Shown here piece after piece: positions 28,669-45,942 of a stretch of DNA of 64,000 nt. The stretch is taken from NCBI RefSeq assembly GCF_009914755.1, contig NC_060925.1, one strand, 5' to 3'. The stretch is from the human T2T-CHM13v2.0 reference genome, Homo sapiens. Under the pieces are notes generated by a model that was not told the DNA's origin, did not search any database, and saw nothing but the letters and a program-made list of their open reading frames with translations. The position numbers and the translations under genes are program-made. Within the stretch, counting starts at the first letter, position 1, and every line of letters starts with the position of its first letter.

Positions 28669-29374
28669 CTTGTTATTTGGAACAACTCATTAGAATGTAG
28701 GGACTGGGGCTATGTCATGTATTAACATCTCCCAGGGAGCTGTCAGCCTCCCTCAGCAAATGCTTCCTGAATGCATGAATGAACCAATGAGTGTTGGCCA
28801 TGCAAAGTCAGTAGTTTTCTGCCAACCCCATGAGTTCCACCAGTCGTCTCCAGAGATTCCTTGCAAAGAACTTGGTACTGGGGCATGTACTTATAATGTC
28901 TCCTTCTTTTTCCTTCTATTCTATCATCCTGTGTCTTGTCCAGCCTCCAGGAGTTCAGTGAGAAAGGAAACACACACACACACACACTACAAAAACCAGG
29001 AGAAAAAAACCATTAAAAAATCCCACTGTAGGAAGATTCTGCTGCCTCTAGACATTAGGAAAGCCGCTGACCTAATTCATTTGCTATGGTGGCTTTTTCA
29101 TCCTCAGGACTGGTGCTGCCTGTGTAGTTCAGCCTGTGAAGGCTCCCTTTCAAGTAGGCCAGCTGCATGGTATTCTGGACTTACAATGTGCAGGGCAGAT
29201 GTAGTGTCCCCTTGAAATACACTTAACGGTGGGCAACAAAATCCAAAGGCAACCCCCCACAAATATCTAACTTAAAAAAAAAGAGCTTTCTAGATCTCAG
29301 TCCTCATCTGGATACTTCATTAGGATCCTGAGACATCTGGGGACCAGCGATGGAAAGAAGGAAAGAGACTTCCA

Positions 29375-29580
29375 TATGTTGAGAGCCTATTATATGCCTG
29401 CATTGTGCTAAGCCCTTTCCCATATGTTATCCAATGTAATCCCCCACAAAAGCCCTGCCAGAGTGGAATTATTCTTCTCAGTTTACAAATAAGAAAACAG
29501 TAGCTCGGAGATGCTAAGTTACTCGCCCAAGGTCACATAGACGGTAAGTGGTAGATGCTGATTTGAATCCAGACAGTGTC
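29375..29580 (-). mobile_element. MIR
   Basis: CAGTTTACAAATAAGAAAAC...AAGTTACTCGCCCAAGGTCACATAG...GATTTGAATCCAG. Confidence 0.8.
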
Positions 29581-31292
29581 ATTATCAAGGGGTGGTTTGG
29601 GAGGCTTTCGTTGTAACCATCATCTGTAGCAGCCCCCTTCTCCACAATTATCCCAAATAAACACACAATCTAAGTCGGAAGAGCCTACAGGAGGCAAAAA
29701 TGTAGCTTCAATATGTGCTTCCCTGTCATCTCCCTTTCAATGAGATTATTGCTGCCCCAAATCCTGTCTACACAGACATTCTGGAGTCCGTACTAAATCA
29801 AGATTTGTCTGGCTCCAAAGACCATGTTCTTTCCAACACAACCAGGATGCCTCTTCTCTTAGATTCCTACCAAGAAGACCTTGCTTCTTGAAACCCTTAC
29901 CTAGAAGAGCCAATGAATCAGTGTAGGATTTCCCTAATGGTGGCTGGCACCATAGGTTCCAAAATGTCACCACCAGCTCTAAGTCATCAGCCCTTTAAAC
30001 GCCTCCACACATCCCGGGGTATACTGACGCGAGGAGTCACAGTGGGTAAGCATCACTAGGTTGCAGAAGCACTGGGCTAATGGTGTGGATGAGGGTTTCA
30101 ATTTACTTGGAAACATCCACGGGCCAAGGTTCAGTTCATTTTAGGTTTCGACTAAGTTTTTCCAGGCTCTAAATGTAGAGAGCAGGGGTGTTTAAAGTGA
30201 CTGTCCTGACACAGGCTGTTCCCTAGGGGCCACTCTAGCTTCCTTCTTGGAAGTGTGATGTGGGTCCAGAGTTCAGGCCAGCCACGGTCTTGGATTCCAG
30301 ATGGGAGTTCATTTTTAGAGACCAAATGGTCATAAGTGAACATGTCATCTTGGGCTAGCTGGAAAATACGAACACCAGCTCAGAGTCCAGGAATTCAGGA
30401 TTGTAAATAGGTGAAAGCACCCTTCACCTTCTCTCCTCCTTCCCTCAAGGTGGTTCACATACAACTATTAGCAATTGACATTCATAGCTCTTGTACTTCA
30501 CAGTATTTTCATGCCTGGGACTCTGTTTGATCCCTGCAAGTACAGTGTTATGATACTCCTTTTATGGATGATGAATTGGAGACACCAAGAGGTTCAGAGC
30601 TTCTTCCAAAGTCATAGAGCCAGTGAGTTGTGAAGACGAGGGGCTCAGTCTTCCAATTCATGCAAAGGGTTGATGTGACATTTTCAGAGCCTAGTTCTAG
30701 CTTCATTGTGCTGGAAAGTGGTCTTGGCCTGAGGACAGCAGGGTGCTTCAGAGTCCAGTCTGATGCCCTTTGGCAGCCACACACCCTCCTGTGAAGGCAC
30801 CACAAATTCCTTGGGAGGGAGACGCGTTCCAGATGTGTATGTCGCCTCTAGAGAAAACGTGGCTTCTTCTGGTGAGCCACATGCAAGGTGTCTCGCTGGC
30901 CACTGTGAAGTGGGGAGAGACGCCTGGAGCAAGCCATGATCTCTGCCAGCACTGGAATCACCAACATCCTTGAGCTTCCTTCAGTCTGATGCAGAACCTG
31001 AGGACGTGGCCATCTCTTGGTGGTGTTCTGGGAAAGCAGGAAGTCTTCAGACCTGATTGTCTTCAGATTTCAGCCATGGGCTCCCTGGTGAGCCATCTCA
31101 GGGGTATAGGGAACATGGATGCCGCCCCGGAGGCAGCTCTCAGGTATGCATCCCCTGGTGGCCCGGGCCTCTCCGGGGCTGGTGGCTCAGGCTGGAGGGA
31201 CAGGCACTGAATGAGGCTGTGTACTAGATTTCTCCCCTTTCCACATGCTGGTCTTACTGAGGCAGGTTCAGGGGGTGCTCTGAGGGACAGAA

Positions 31293-32165
<873 letters not shown>

Positions 32166-33619
32166 GCAATCTGGGATCTCAGGGGCTGACAGCAGAGAAG
32201 TTACCTGAAGGCGCAACAAGCAGTGGTCCCTGTAGGCAGAAGCTACCTGGTGCCCCAGTGATGTGGGAGGCCCTCAGTTCCGGCGCTTCTTGCTGCCTGG
32301 GCACATGTTCCTGGAGGATGGCAGGACCTCCTGGCCTCTCCCCTGTCTACCCGCCAGAGCTCTGCTTCTTAAGATAAGACCACCTCTTTCCTCCAGCCAA
32401 TGTGCTGCTCTTCTGACTTCAAAACACTTGCACTTCCAGGGCTCAACGTACAGTGAGTTCTCAAGGATTCGGTGAATAAATGTACAAATGTCTCCCGTTA
32501 CAGCTGCCACATTCAGTGGGGTAGGTCTTATGATCATTTCTCTGAGGAAGGGTGCTGTGCTCATGGTCTCAGTCTGCAAATTGCAGACTGAGAATCCAAC
32601 GAAGGCACCTGCTCTCTGCCCCCGCACCCCCCCACCGGCCCCAAGGCTGACCCTCTCCTCCCCTGGTATCAGCTCGAAGCATTGTTGGAGTCCCCAGGGA
32701 CCCGGATGCTTCCCTGTGTGCCCTGTCTTTGAGGTGCCCGCCATCTCAAGTCAAGACACACAGCAGGGTGTGAGAAGCCAGGGAGCCCATGGGAATTCCA
32801 GGGGATGCTCTCAGCGTGTTTTGTGAGGAACGACTGGCTCACCTAGTCAGGCCTGGGACAAAATATCACCTGCTGAAGGATGATTGGCTGTGGCGCTTGC
32901 CTTGTGCTGGAAGAGGGCCTCTGAGAGCACAGGGAACTGCCCCTGGGCATTTTCTCACAATTGTTCCGAGGGTTAGAGGCTGGATCCCAGGAACCGCGTG
33001 TGGCCACTCTGTCCTTCTTCAGAGAGAGATTCAACTTCCGGAGCCAGGGTCACCCCTAATGGCTCACTTCCCTTCCTTCCCCTGCCAGGATTTTCCCCCA
33101 GATTATCTTGGGGTTGTCTCAGCCCTTACCATACCTCATCCTTCCCAGCAGCAGCCCGCCAGCCCCACGTGGAGTGTTCTACTCTTTCCAAAGACAGCCC
33201 ACATTTCGGGGTCTCCTGCACCCCCAAATGTGGGATTGGTAAGATGCACGCTTCCTGACTTGGGTTTCTTCTTTCATTTGCAGTTAAAAACCATGACCAC
33301 AAAAGAGACATCCACAACTCGCTGTAATAGGCGCTTGCATAATAGACTTGGGGACAGTGTTTGGGGGAACAGGATAGGGTGGCTCTGTTTTTCCAACAGT
33401 TGTGAGATTCATTTTGGTGAAGTAAGAAGGTTTTACAGGGTCCTCTAAGACAGAAGGGGTTTCCTGGGAAGGAAGCTGGCTTATCAACCTGCCTCCTCTC
33501 GTTCACCTGGTGCTAGCTGCTTACTTTCCACCCTTTGCCCTCTGCTGAAGGGAGAGTTTGAACACCTTTAGATTCTTTTCTTTGCTTGGCAAGATGTGCC
33601 GTATTTATTCAACTTAGCA

Positions 33620-33840
33620 TCAAGGTTAAGCACACAGATCCTTGTCAGAAGCCAGACAGCGAGTGTTCAAATCCCAGCTGTGTCACTTACCAGCTCTGTC
33701 ACACCTTGGGGATGTGACTTCACTTGCCTTGATTTCCTCATCAGTGAAATGGGGATAATACTGGTACTTGCCCCATAAACGGGGATAATAGTACTTACCT
33801 TATATAATAAGGATTACATGTAAACATTTAATATACATAA
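33620..33840 (+). mobile_element. MIR
   Basis: GTTCAAATCCCAGCTGTGTCACTTACCAGCT...TTTCCTCATCAGTGAAATGGGGATAATA. Confidence 0.8.
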
Positions 33841-33846
33841 AGCTCT

Positions 33847-34146
33847 TGTTTGTTTGTTTTTAGAGACAGGGTCTCAGTCTGTCATCCAGGCTGGAGTGCA
33901 GTGGCAAGATGCTAGCTCACTGCAGCCTTGACCTCCTGGGCTCAAGGAATCTTCCTATTTCAGCCTCCTGAGTAGCTAGGAGTACAGGTGCATGCCACCA
34001 TACCTGGCTATTTTTAAAACATGTTTTTATATAGATGGGGTCTTGCTCTGTTTCCCAGGCTAGTTTTGAACTTCTGGCCTCAAGCACTCCTCCCACCTCA
34101 GCCTCCAAAGTATGGGGATTATAGGCATGAGCCACTGTGCCCAGCC
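33847..34146 (-). mobile_element. AluJ
   Basis: J diagnostics (CTCACTGCAGCCTTGACCTCCTGGGCTCAAG). Confidence 0.88.
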
Positions 34147-35623
34147 AAACAGCTCTTAAAATATACAAAAGCTCTTAAAATAGTGCCTAGCACAGTGTTT
34201 ACTATTGTCACTATCTACTTGGATTCTCTGCCTGTTGGTCTCCACTTTGCACAATTATTTGTGGACATTTGAGATCGTCGAGTTCTCGAGAACCAGTCAG
34301 GCTGATTTACCTCCAATGTACGTGTAATATGTTTTTTTCCTTTTCTGGAACTGAGCAACATCCTCCAAGTTTGTCCACTCTCCGAGTGTCTTAACTGCCC
34401 CCGGTAGAGAGGCATTTAGCAAACAGAAACAGATTACAGAGACCCTCGTGGCCACATGCAATTTGCAGTTGCTCTCAAGAGTGGGTGTGGTCACTTGTTG
34501 TTCCCTTTAGCCATCATATCAGCTGCCTGGGTGAGGGGTCACTGTGCCAAACGTTCCTGGTGGGAAATGACTTGGTTTCCCATATGAGCCCCGACCTTCA
34601 CTGGCCTCTCCCTCTTAGAACTCCCATTAACCACCATGTGTGCTGGTCACTGCAGCTGAATCCATCCACAGGGGCTGCCCAGAAAAAGACAATGACTTCT
34701 GCAGGGCTGGGGAGGCTGTCCTCGTGAAAATAACTGAATCTACCCGAGTGTGTGGCCTGTGCTGGGGAAACGTGGGTGACTTGAATGATGTCAGGCAATC
34801 AGTGCAATTGAAATATGTCAAAAATGGCTCCATCAACGCACCCGGCTCGTATTTAGCTATAAAATGTGAGGCCAGGTTACGAACCGGAAGCATTTCTTTC
34901 AACCAAAGTCATTTGGAAAGGAATATCTTTGACACATCCTTGCTGCCCCTTCCCCCATTGCGGTGTCCCTGGCTGTGTGGCTGGCAGCCTGGCTCTTGGT
35001 GAGTCGCAGCTGCACCTGTGCCCACCTTCTTACCACGGGAGTAGGTGCTTCTCCTTTGGGCACCTTCTGGCTTTGCACCGTAAGAGTGAAATACGGTGTG
35101 GTCCTGCAAGCTGCTTCTCCAGTGATGTGAAAAGCGTAAGAGAGAGGCTCTGGGAAGGGGCAGATGCTGCAGGTGCAATGATGCCAGCTGTTGAGGACGG
35201 TGCCCTGTGCCTGGGGAAGTACATGCTGTAACTGGAGCTCCACCTTGGTACCCCACCGCTGGACCCTCCAAAGAGAGCTCTGACATGTGCCCCATCCCGC
35301 CGGCTTCTGCAGCTTCTGGGAGCCAAGAGTGTCAGCCGGAAGGATCCCGCACACGGCGCTTAGTTCTGGAACTGGATACCCGGGGGAGGATGCGGGATCC
35401 CGAAGCCCGGGTGTGGGTCCCCGTGGTCTTCGTGTTGGGGGTAGGTGCAGAACGCTAAGCCTGGGCCTATTGGGAGCCATAGTCTTCTTGATGGCTGGTG
35501 CTTATTGGGCTTTTTTCAGTCGAATTTCGAAATGCAGTTGGATTTCTTACTTTGGAAACGATAATAGAAATGGCTGACCTCAGATTTTCATGATTATGTT
35601 TTGCCTTTTCCAGTGTATGTGCA

Positions 35624-35696
35624 GTTTCTGTAGTATAGTGGTTATCATGTTTGCCTCACATGTGAAAGACCCTTGGCTCGAGACTGGAGGGAAACA
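35624..35696 (+). pseudogene. Degenerate tRNA-Val(CAC)
   Basis: GTTTCTGTAGTATAGTGGTTATCATGTTTGCCT-CAC-ATGTGAAAGACCCTTGGCTCGAGACTGGAGGGAAACA. Val scaffold with CpG decay and a damaged B box (GGCTCGAGA); T-run follows. Confidence 0.85.
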
Positions 35697-37341
35697 TGGT
35701 TTTTTGGTTTTTCTTCTTGTCCCTAAATTTAGTGAGTTTAATCGAGGTTGGGAAACAAACAGAAAAGTAGTTGAACCTGTGGCTACACTTTAGACCTCCT
35801 CAATCTAGACAGATTGTTGACCAGGCTACAGTTTCCACTGGTCTGCCAGCAAGAGGCCTGCTTAATATTAGCTTTGCTTCCAGAAATTCCTTAAGATTCT
35901 CTTCATTCTCTTCTGTCGCCTGAATTTTCACAGGCTGACACTGAAAGTGGATGACATCTTAGCGCATTTCCTAAGTGTCCCGCTTGGCTTCGCTTTACTC
36001 TGATAAGTTGCAGATCTGGCTGATTTGCGAGACAAAAACAAAATATTTTTTTAAAAGGTTCTAAATCTGCATCTGGAACTCGTAGAGTCAATAATCTGAA
36101 ACCACACGAATTATCTACATACAAAAGATTTTGAATGCATACCCCTTCCCCAAATAATCCTCAGAAAACCGGTTAAGTTTTAGCATCTGTGACTCTGAGA
36201 TACATATGAGGCCTTTGTAAATTTAGAAGTTGAGAGTAGAAAGTACAGGTTTGTATTTTAGAAGGAGATTTGGGAATAAATATAGCTCTGGTGGATATAG
36301 ATCATATGTTAAGGTTTGTTGGCCAGAGCTGGTGTGTGTCTTGGGTGTTGGGCAAAGAACAGAGAACAGCCAAAGCTCTGCGAGGTCAATGTGAAGGGTG
36401 ATTTCCTTGGTGGGCTCAAGTTTATGACGCAGCCTGGACCTAGCTTGGCTTCTCAGCTAGAGAAGAAGCATGATTCCATGTCACAGCTCCTGTCTTTGAA
36501 AAAGTCATAATGACTCCCAGACCCAACAAGTGGGGAAAACTCTGGATTTGTCTCTTCAGTTGAATGTCTCCGTTGAAAATTGAGGAAAGAAATCTCTCTA
36601 CTATTTGAACTTCATCAAAAGACTAATATGTTAATATTTTGACCGTCAATATTTCCTTAAACTAGTCTACTCCTTTCATAGCTAACACATCAAAGCATAT
36701 TAACTTAGGAAATGGGATTCTCCCAAACAAGGAAACATTGACGGCAAGGGTTCTTAATCTTTTCACATCACATTTCCTTCAAATGCTTTATACATCTTCA
36801 AGCAGACAAATAATAGTATTATAATGATTACGAGACCGATCATTACTCTTTTGCCAAAAAACCAGCGACAAAAGACTAACTTAGTGGACCAACCTTTGTT
36901 TCTTCATTATCTGTACATTGATTCTGTCCTTTTATTTCATCTTTCTTCTAATTCTGCTTCTGCTTCTTATTTCCTCCCTGGATTTGAACTTTATTTACCT
37001 AAACTACCAGTTAGGTTACCTTCTCAGAACCTCTAAGGCAGCAGTTTGAGATTGACAATGGAAGATTTAAGATTAGAAAAAAGAAACATGAATGAATTTC
37101 TGATGTTTTATTATAGGGGTTTATAATGCAGGTAGAAAGACCTTTTTCAGAGTTAAGAGTTTGATCCACCAAATGAGCTATTTTGATATTTATAACTTTG
37201 TCTAGTAAAAGTTTCCTATAAAAACATTTGGTTTGGATGTCTTTGTTAGCTTTTAGTCGACACTTGAAAAAGGCGGTTGGAAGTTTCTAAGTCTTTGTGG
37301 ATACTCTTTTCTCATATCCTCCAGGCCGTGGCTACGGGGAG

Positions 37342-37412
37342 GCATTGGTGGTTCGGTGGTAGCATTCTCGCCTCCCAGGCCGGAGTCCCGGGTTCAATTC
37401 CCGGCCAATGCA
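37342..37412 (+). tRNA. tRNA-Gly(CCC) variant, probably structurally impaired
   Basis: GCATTGG...CT-CCC-AG...GGTTCAATTCCCGGCCAATGCA. Five substitutions versus the recalled canonical Gly-CCC, including A14G, a D-stem mismatch and C29:C41 in the anticodon stem. TTTTT at 37421-37425. Confidence 0.88.
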
Positions 37413-37990
37413 GCAGGGACTTTTTCACTTCATTATGGCCCTTTACCCGTCTTTTACGCTGCAAAATTATACTGCATAACCTAATAGTGCATTTAGGGGC
37501 TTGGCCACCACAAGGTAAAGTGACAACATTACTCACGAGAGTAGCGGCAAGAGACATTCAGGACACTAACCCAGGACCCATGCAATTGTTGGACTCAAAC
37601 AGCTTAGCAAAGTGGCAAGCACGAAGTGTTTCCGGTGAGTCACTGCAGTTTTGATATTGGTACCTGTTACTTTCATCTATTCACGGGGCGGATCCCTGCA
37701 AACCCGAAGAATCATCAGGTTCCTGATTCGCGTGCTGGACCTTGGGCTTACTGCTGAGCCACTGTAGAGAGGATCAAGAAATGACGCTCTTGGAAGGAGA
37801 GAAGCTGCGGGCAGGACAGTCACGTCAGAGGTCCAAGAGGCTTCAGCGGCCCAAAGAAAGGGAAGGTGTGTGGGGAAGAATCTGCGTGGAGATGAGGGGA
37901 GCGGCGGGGACTGGTCCTTGCGCAGAGGTGGCCAGTGGACCCTCAGGGCTGTACCCCAGACACCGTGAACCGAATTTGCTCACATCGTCA

Positions 37991-38359
<369 letters not shown>

Positions 38360-38586
38360 TCAATGGGACAAAGAGACCTCCCAGGAGGCTTGTTATAGAG
38401 GCAGTGGGTGGATCCTGGGAGATGAGATTTTTTTAAAATTATGTAGCAGAATGGGGAGAGAAACGGAGAAGCGCATGAAAGAGAGAAAAGCACGAAAATC
38501 GGCGGCGTCCAAGAATAAAGCAGATAAAGTAGTGTGAGTGTTTTTACATTCAAAAAATAGAAGAAGTGCAATGCTTGTCAGCAGGC

Positions 38587-38658
38587 TTTGTGGTCGTGTA
38601 GTGGTTAATACTTGTAGTTGTGGTTGCCACAACCTCGGTTCTAATCTGAGTCACAGTA
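38587..38658 (+). pseudogene. tRNA-His(GTG) pseudogene
   Basis: GTGGTCGTGTAGTGGTTAATACTTGTAGTTGTGGTTGCCACAACCTCGGTTCTAATCTGAGTCACAGTA aligns to His-GTG; stems and B box are decayed. Confidence 0.8.
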
Positions 38659-39096
38659 GTGTTTTCTAGCCTGCGATTGTGGCTAATAGACCTGTCGTTT
38701 GCTTTGCCTTTAATCCTAGCAGCCTCCAGAGAGCAGAGTAAACCTCTGGCCCCGAAGGGCGCCAGCTTCTGGAGTTTAGCCCACAGCGCAGAAACTAGGG
38801 GGCGGCCTGGCCGATAGGAAAACTTGGACATGCTCTTTGTCTCACAGTTGAGCAGGAAAAATTCCCGTAGGTGAAGATGCCGCCTCTCAAGGGCCCTTTG
38901 TCTGTAGCTTCCACTGGTGAAATAATGTGGTTATAGTCTTTTTCGGTAGAGAAAACGGCTGTATCCGTGGAATTTTTTAAAAACACAAAACGAGAACGAG
39001 TTTTTAATGAGTTGACAATAAAATCTAAACTAGTTGTCATGGTCTGCACAGGCTTGCCTCCATTCCCCATCTGCTAATTTTTATGAGAACAGTAAA

Positions 39097-39205
39097 TTAT
39101 TACTATTATCATTATTTTTGAGATGTAGTCTTGTTCTGTCACCCAGGCTGGAGTGTCATGGCTCAATCTCGGCTCACTGCAACCTCTGTCTCCGAGGTTC
39201 AAGCA
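39097..39205 (-). mobile_element. 5'-truncated Alu (right-arm 3' part)
   Basis: Flanked by TSD ATGAGAACAGTAAA on both sides. Confidence 0.85.
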
Positions 39206-39766
39206 ATGAGAACAGTAAAGAAGCTACAGTTCACATAAAGTGCACAAATCTTTAGTGCAATTTGTTTAGTTTTGATCAATGTTATCACCACCCAGCTCAA
39301 GTTATAGAAAATTGCCATCATCTGAGAAAGGCCTGTTAGAGCCCCTGTCCAGGTGATTCCCACCCTGTGTCCTCTTAGTTATCACTATTCTGATGTCTAT
39401 TCCCACAGGTTACAATTGCCTGTTCTTAAAGTTCACATGAATGAATGTACATATGTTTTGTGTCTGGCCTTTTTTCTCCAGTTACATTCATTATACTCAT
39501 GAGATATATCCATGTAGTTTCATAGATCACTTCTCAATTTTGGGGTTATTGATTTCTTGTGCTGAATATTCTTATAACAGTCTTTGTGTGCACTTGAGAT
39601 TCATGGAAGTCCTTCAATTGCTGGGTCATGACCTGAGTATAAGTTTAACATCAGTATAAATTGCCAGTCTTCTAGAATGTTTTTTCGCCAGCGATGACAG
39701 TTGAAGTGGCACCAAATTCTTGTCAGCATTTGGTGTACTAACTTTGTTAAATGTAGCTATGCTCTC

Positions 39767-39951
39767 AGACCAGGCTGGCCAACATGGCAAAACCCTGTCT
39801 CTACTCAAAATACAAAAATTAGCAGGGCATGGTGGCATGCACCTGTAGTCCCAGCTACTCCGGAGGGGGATGTTGCAGTGAGTCAAGATCGCACCATTGC
39901 ACTCCAGCTTGGGTGACAGAATGAGACCCTGTCTCAGAAAAAAAAAAAAAA
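39767..39951 (+). mobile_element. Truncated / internally deleted Alu
   Basis: AGACCAGGCTGGCCAACATGG...poly-A. Confidence 0.85.
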
Positions 39952-40179
39952 GTAGCCATACACTGGTGAGTGGTTAGTGCTATCTCAGTGTGGAATTAAT
40001 TTGTATTTGCCTAATGAGCAATCCTATGAAGCGTATTTTCTTATGGCTTCCAGCATATAAGAAACTCTCCTTTGCAAAGGCCTATTCGAATATTTTGCCC
40101 TATTTTATTTGGCTTAGCTCTATATTACTGACTTACAAAAGTTCTCTTATATATTCAAGAATTGAGTCTTGTTTTGACG

Positions 40180-43012
<2,833 letters not shown>

Positions 43013-43449
43013 AGCATTTAATTTGATGAAATTTTGCCATATTTTTTCTGTATTTTTAAAGCCTGTTATGTTCTATAAGAAATCTTTCTACTCAGGATAG
43101 TGAATGTATTCTCTTAATTTTATCTCTCTATGAGTTCCAGCGTTTTAGTTTTAATTTTTAAATTGATGACATCTAAAATTCTACTCCTAACCAAAACATT
43201 CCTGGGGGTGACCAAGGACAACTCCAAAAATCTTCCATAAATGGAAGTAAGACTTACTCCTTGAAGAACTTACTGGGATCTGGGCCTGCAGGGCACAGTG
43301 GCTTTAGTGCACCTCTGCTCTTAAGACTATTCAGAAATTGTCTTTGTGAACCCATCAGGCTGTTTCAAAATCAGCAATTTAGGGCTTGATTGCAACATGC
43401 AGTTATGCAGCAGCTGTTTTGTGGATCTGGTGAGTGCCTGCACGCATAG

Positions 43450-43816
<367 letters not shown>

Positions 43817-43946
43817 AGTTGTCTCTTTCTTTTGCCTACTGCCACACACGTACCACCAAATCCTGCACTCCAAGCTGCTTCTACACCCTGGACTCCCAAC
43901 CTCCAGTTAGACAATCCACATCTTCCCACACCTGCCTCAGGCTCCA

Positions 43947-44456
43947 TCAGGCTACTGTGCCTCCTGCAGCAACCAGGCCAGGGGGAATCTGGATTCCTAT
44001 TACACTTCTGAGGAAGGTGGTCAGGGAGTGTGGAGGATGTGGGTGGGAGGGGGTGAGGTTGAGGGCAGGAGTACACTGTGGTCTTCTGTCTTCTACCTCA
44101 TTGGCCCAGGTGCTGCTCTCCCTCCGGTTGTCTGCTTTCAGCCCTGCCTGGGAAATCAGGCCGGCGCCCTGATCTTCCTGACTCTCATTTTGTGAGGAAC
44201 CTGAACGGATGAGCCATCGCTCTTGTCCCACACGTTCTGTCCAAAAGGTGCCCTCCTCTCTGCTTGCTCGGGGGCCTGCCCTCTGAGCTCTGGCACTCAG
44301 GCTGGGATGCCGCCCAGTACAGAGGCTCTGCAGCCCTGCAGGGGTCTGACTGTTCCACACCAGCAGGATAAAGGCCACAGGGCATGCTGTGGTGGAAAAG
44401 CATTCAGAGGTGTGGGCTGAAGGCCTCTCTTTCCACAGTCCCTTTGAAGACACCAT
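43947..44456 (-). CDS. FAM231: FAM231-family putative ORF (169 aa, single exon; coding status doubtful)
   Basis: From the second Met of the ORF track entry 43947..44483: MVSSKGLWKERPSAHTSECFSTTACPVAF...GLVAAGGTVA. Recognised as the FAM231A/B/C/D sequence that accompanies chr1 U1/tRNA duplicons. Confidence 0.7.
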   Translation of the reverse strand: MVSSKGLWKERPSAHTSECFSTTACPVAFILLVWNSQTPAGLQSLCTGRHPSLSARAQRAGPRASREEGTFWTERVGQERWLIRSGSSQNESQEDQGAGLISQAGLKADNRRESSTWANEVEDRRPQCTPALNLTPSHPHPPHSLTTFLRSVIGIQIPPGLVAAGGTVA

Positions 44457-45590
44457 GGAAGTAGGCACCCCCTTGACAGACAAGGTGGCCCAAGGCCTGG
44501 CTTCACATGCAGGCTCTTGGGTCCCAGCGGGTCCTCTCTGTGCCTGGTATAGCCAACTGCTTCACGCATCTTACCCGGTTTCCTCTCCTCCACAACCCAA
44601 GCTCCTCCTCGACCCCCTTGCTCAGCTGTCCTCAGGACAGCAAGATCCCCAGCCCTTGGAAAAGCCCATCTCTAGTGCTTGGGGAGGGAGTTGGGTTCAG
44701 GTGGTCTAACCACAGAAGAACAGAGAACCTGAGGCAGGAGGAAATCCCTTCCCTTGCTGGGTCTCTTGGCACAGCCCATCCAGGGGTCTGGGTCAGGGTC
44801 CAGGTATACTCTACCCTCCTTGAGGACCTGGGTTTTCAGGCCCCCGAGGTTGGTCAATGTGGAGTCTTTCCCACTGTTCATCTGGGAACTGAAGGAATAT
44901 CCCATGGGGCCCTCTCTTACTCATTAGAGACACCCAGAAAATACTCCATCCAGCAGAAACTGGGTGCAGTGTACCAGACCACTATAATTATAATTGCAGG
45001 GTGTGGAGGTCAGATACGTTTTGTGGGTATTTTCTCTCTGTCTGTGGCTAGCTTGCCTTTTCGCTTTCTTAGTGGTATCTTTTGATGAGAAGGTGTGGCT
45101 AATGTTGATGAAGTCTCATTTATCATGTCTTTCTTATATATGTATTTTTTCTGTGTCCTGCTTGTTGGTAGGCTAATCTTTGCCTGCCAACAAGTCACAA
45201 AGTATCCTTGAAATGCTTTATATCTTTAACTTTTAAGTAATGCGGCTGAAATTACTTTTGTGTGTAGTGTGAGGGAGAATAACATTGTTGGTCTCCCCAC
45301 ATCCATATAGAAGTTCATTAATTGAAATGACTTATTTTCTTTTATTGAACTGCTTTTATTGAAAACCCATTTATTGACCGTATAGCTGTGGATCAATTTC
45401 AGGTCTTCTAACTCAGGCTGTTTATCCGTTTGTCACTCCTGATGCCTTGTGTCTAATAGCTTATAGTAAACCTTAAAGTCAGATAGTACAAGTCCTTGTT
45501 CTTTTCCACACATTGCAATAAATTTTGAAATAGATAATAACTCATGAAACCATCACACACATCAGGATATGCTGTCACTTCATCCCTTTC

Positions 45591-45942
45591 TGATATAGTT
45601 TGGCCGTGCCCTCACCCAAATCTCAACTTGAATTGTATCTCCCAGAATTCCCATGCGTTGTGGGAGGGACTTAGGAGGAGGTAATTGAATCATGGGGGCG
45701 GGTGTTTCCTGTGCTATTCTCCTGATAGCGAGTAAGTCTCACTAACTGATGGGTTTCTCAGGGGTTTCTGCTTTGGCTTCTTCCTCATTTTCTCTTGCTG
45801 CTGCCTTGTAAGAAGTGCCTTTTGCCTCCCGCCATGATTCTGAGGCCTCCCCAGTCATATGGAAATGTAAGTCCAATTAAACCTCTTTTTGGTCCTGGAC
45901 TCTGTTATGTATTTGTCAGCAGCATGAAAACGGACTAATACA
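45591..45942 (+). mobile_element. THE1 (C-like) solo LTR
   Basis: TGATATAGTTTGGC...CACCCAAATCTCAACTTGAATTGTA...AAAACGGACTAATACA; flanks CTTTC and CTCTC. Confidence 0.92.
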
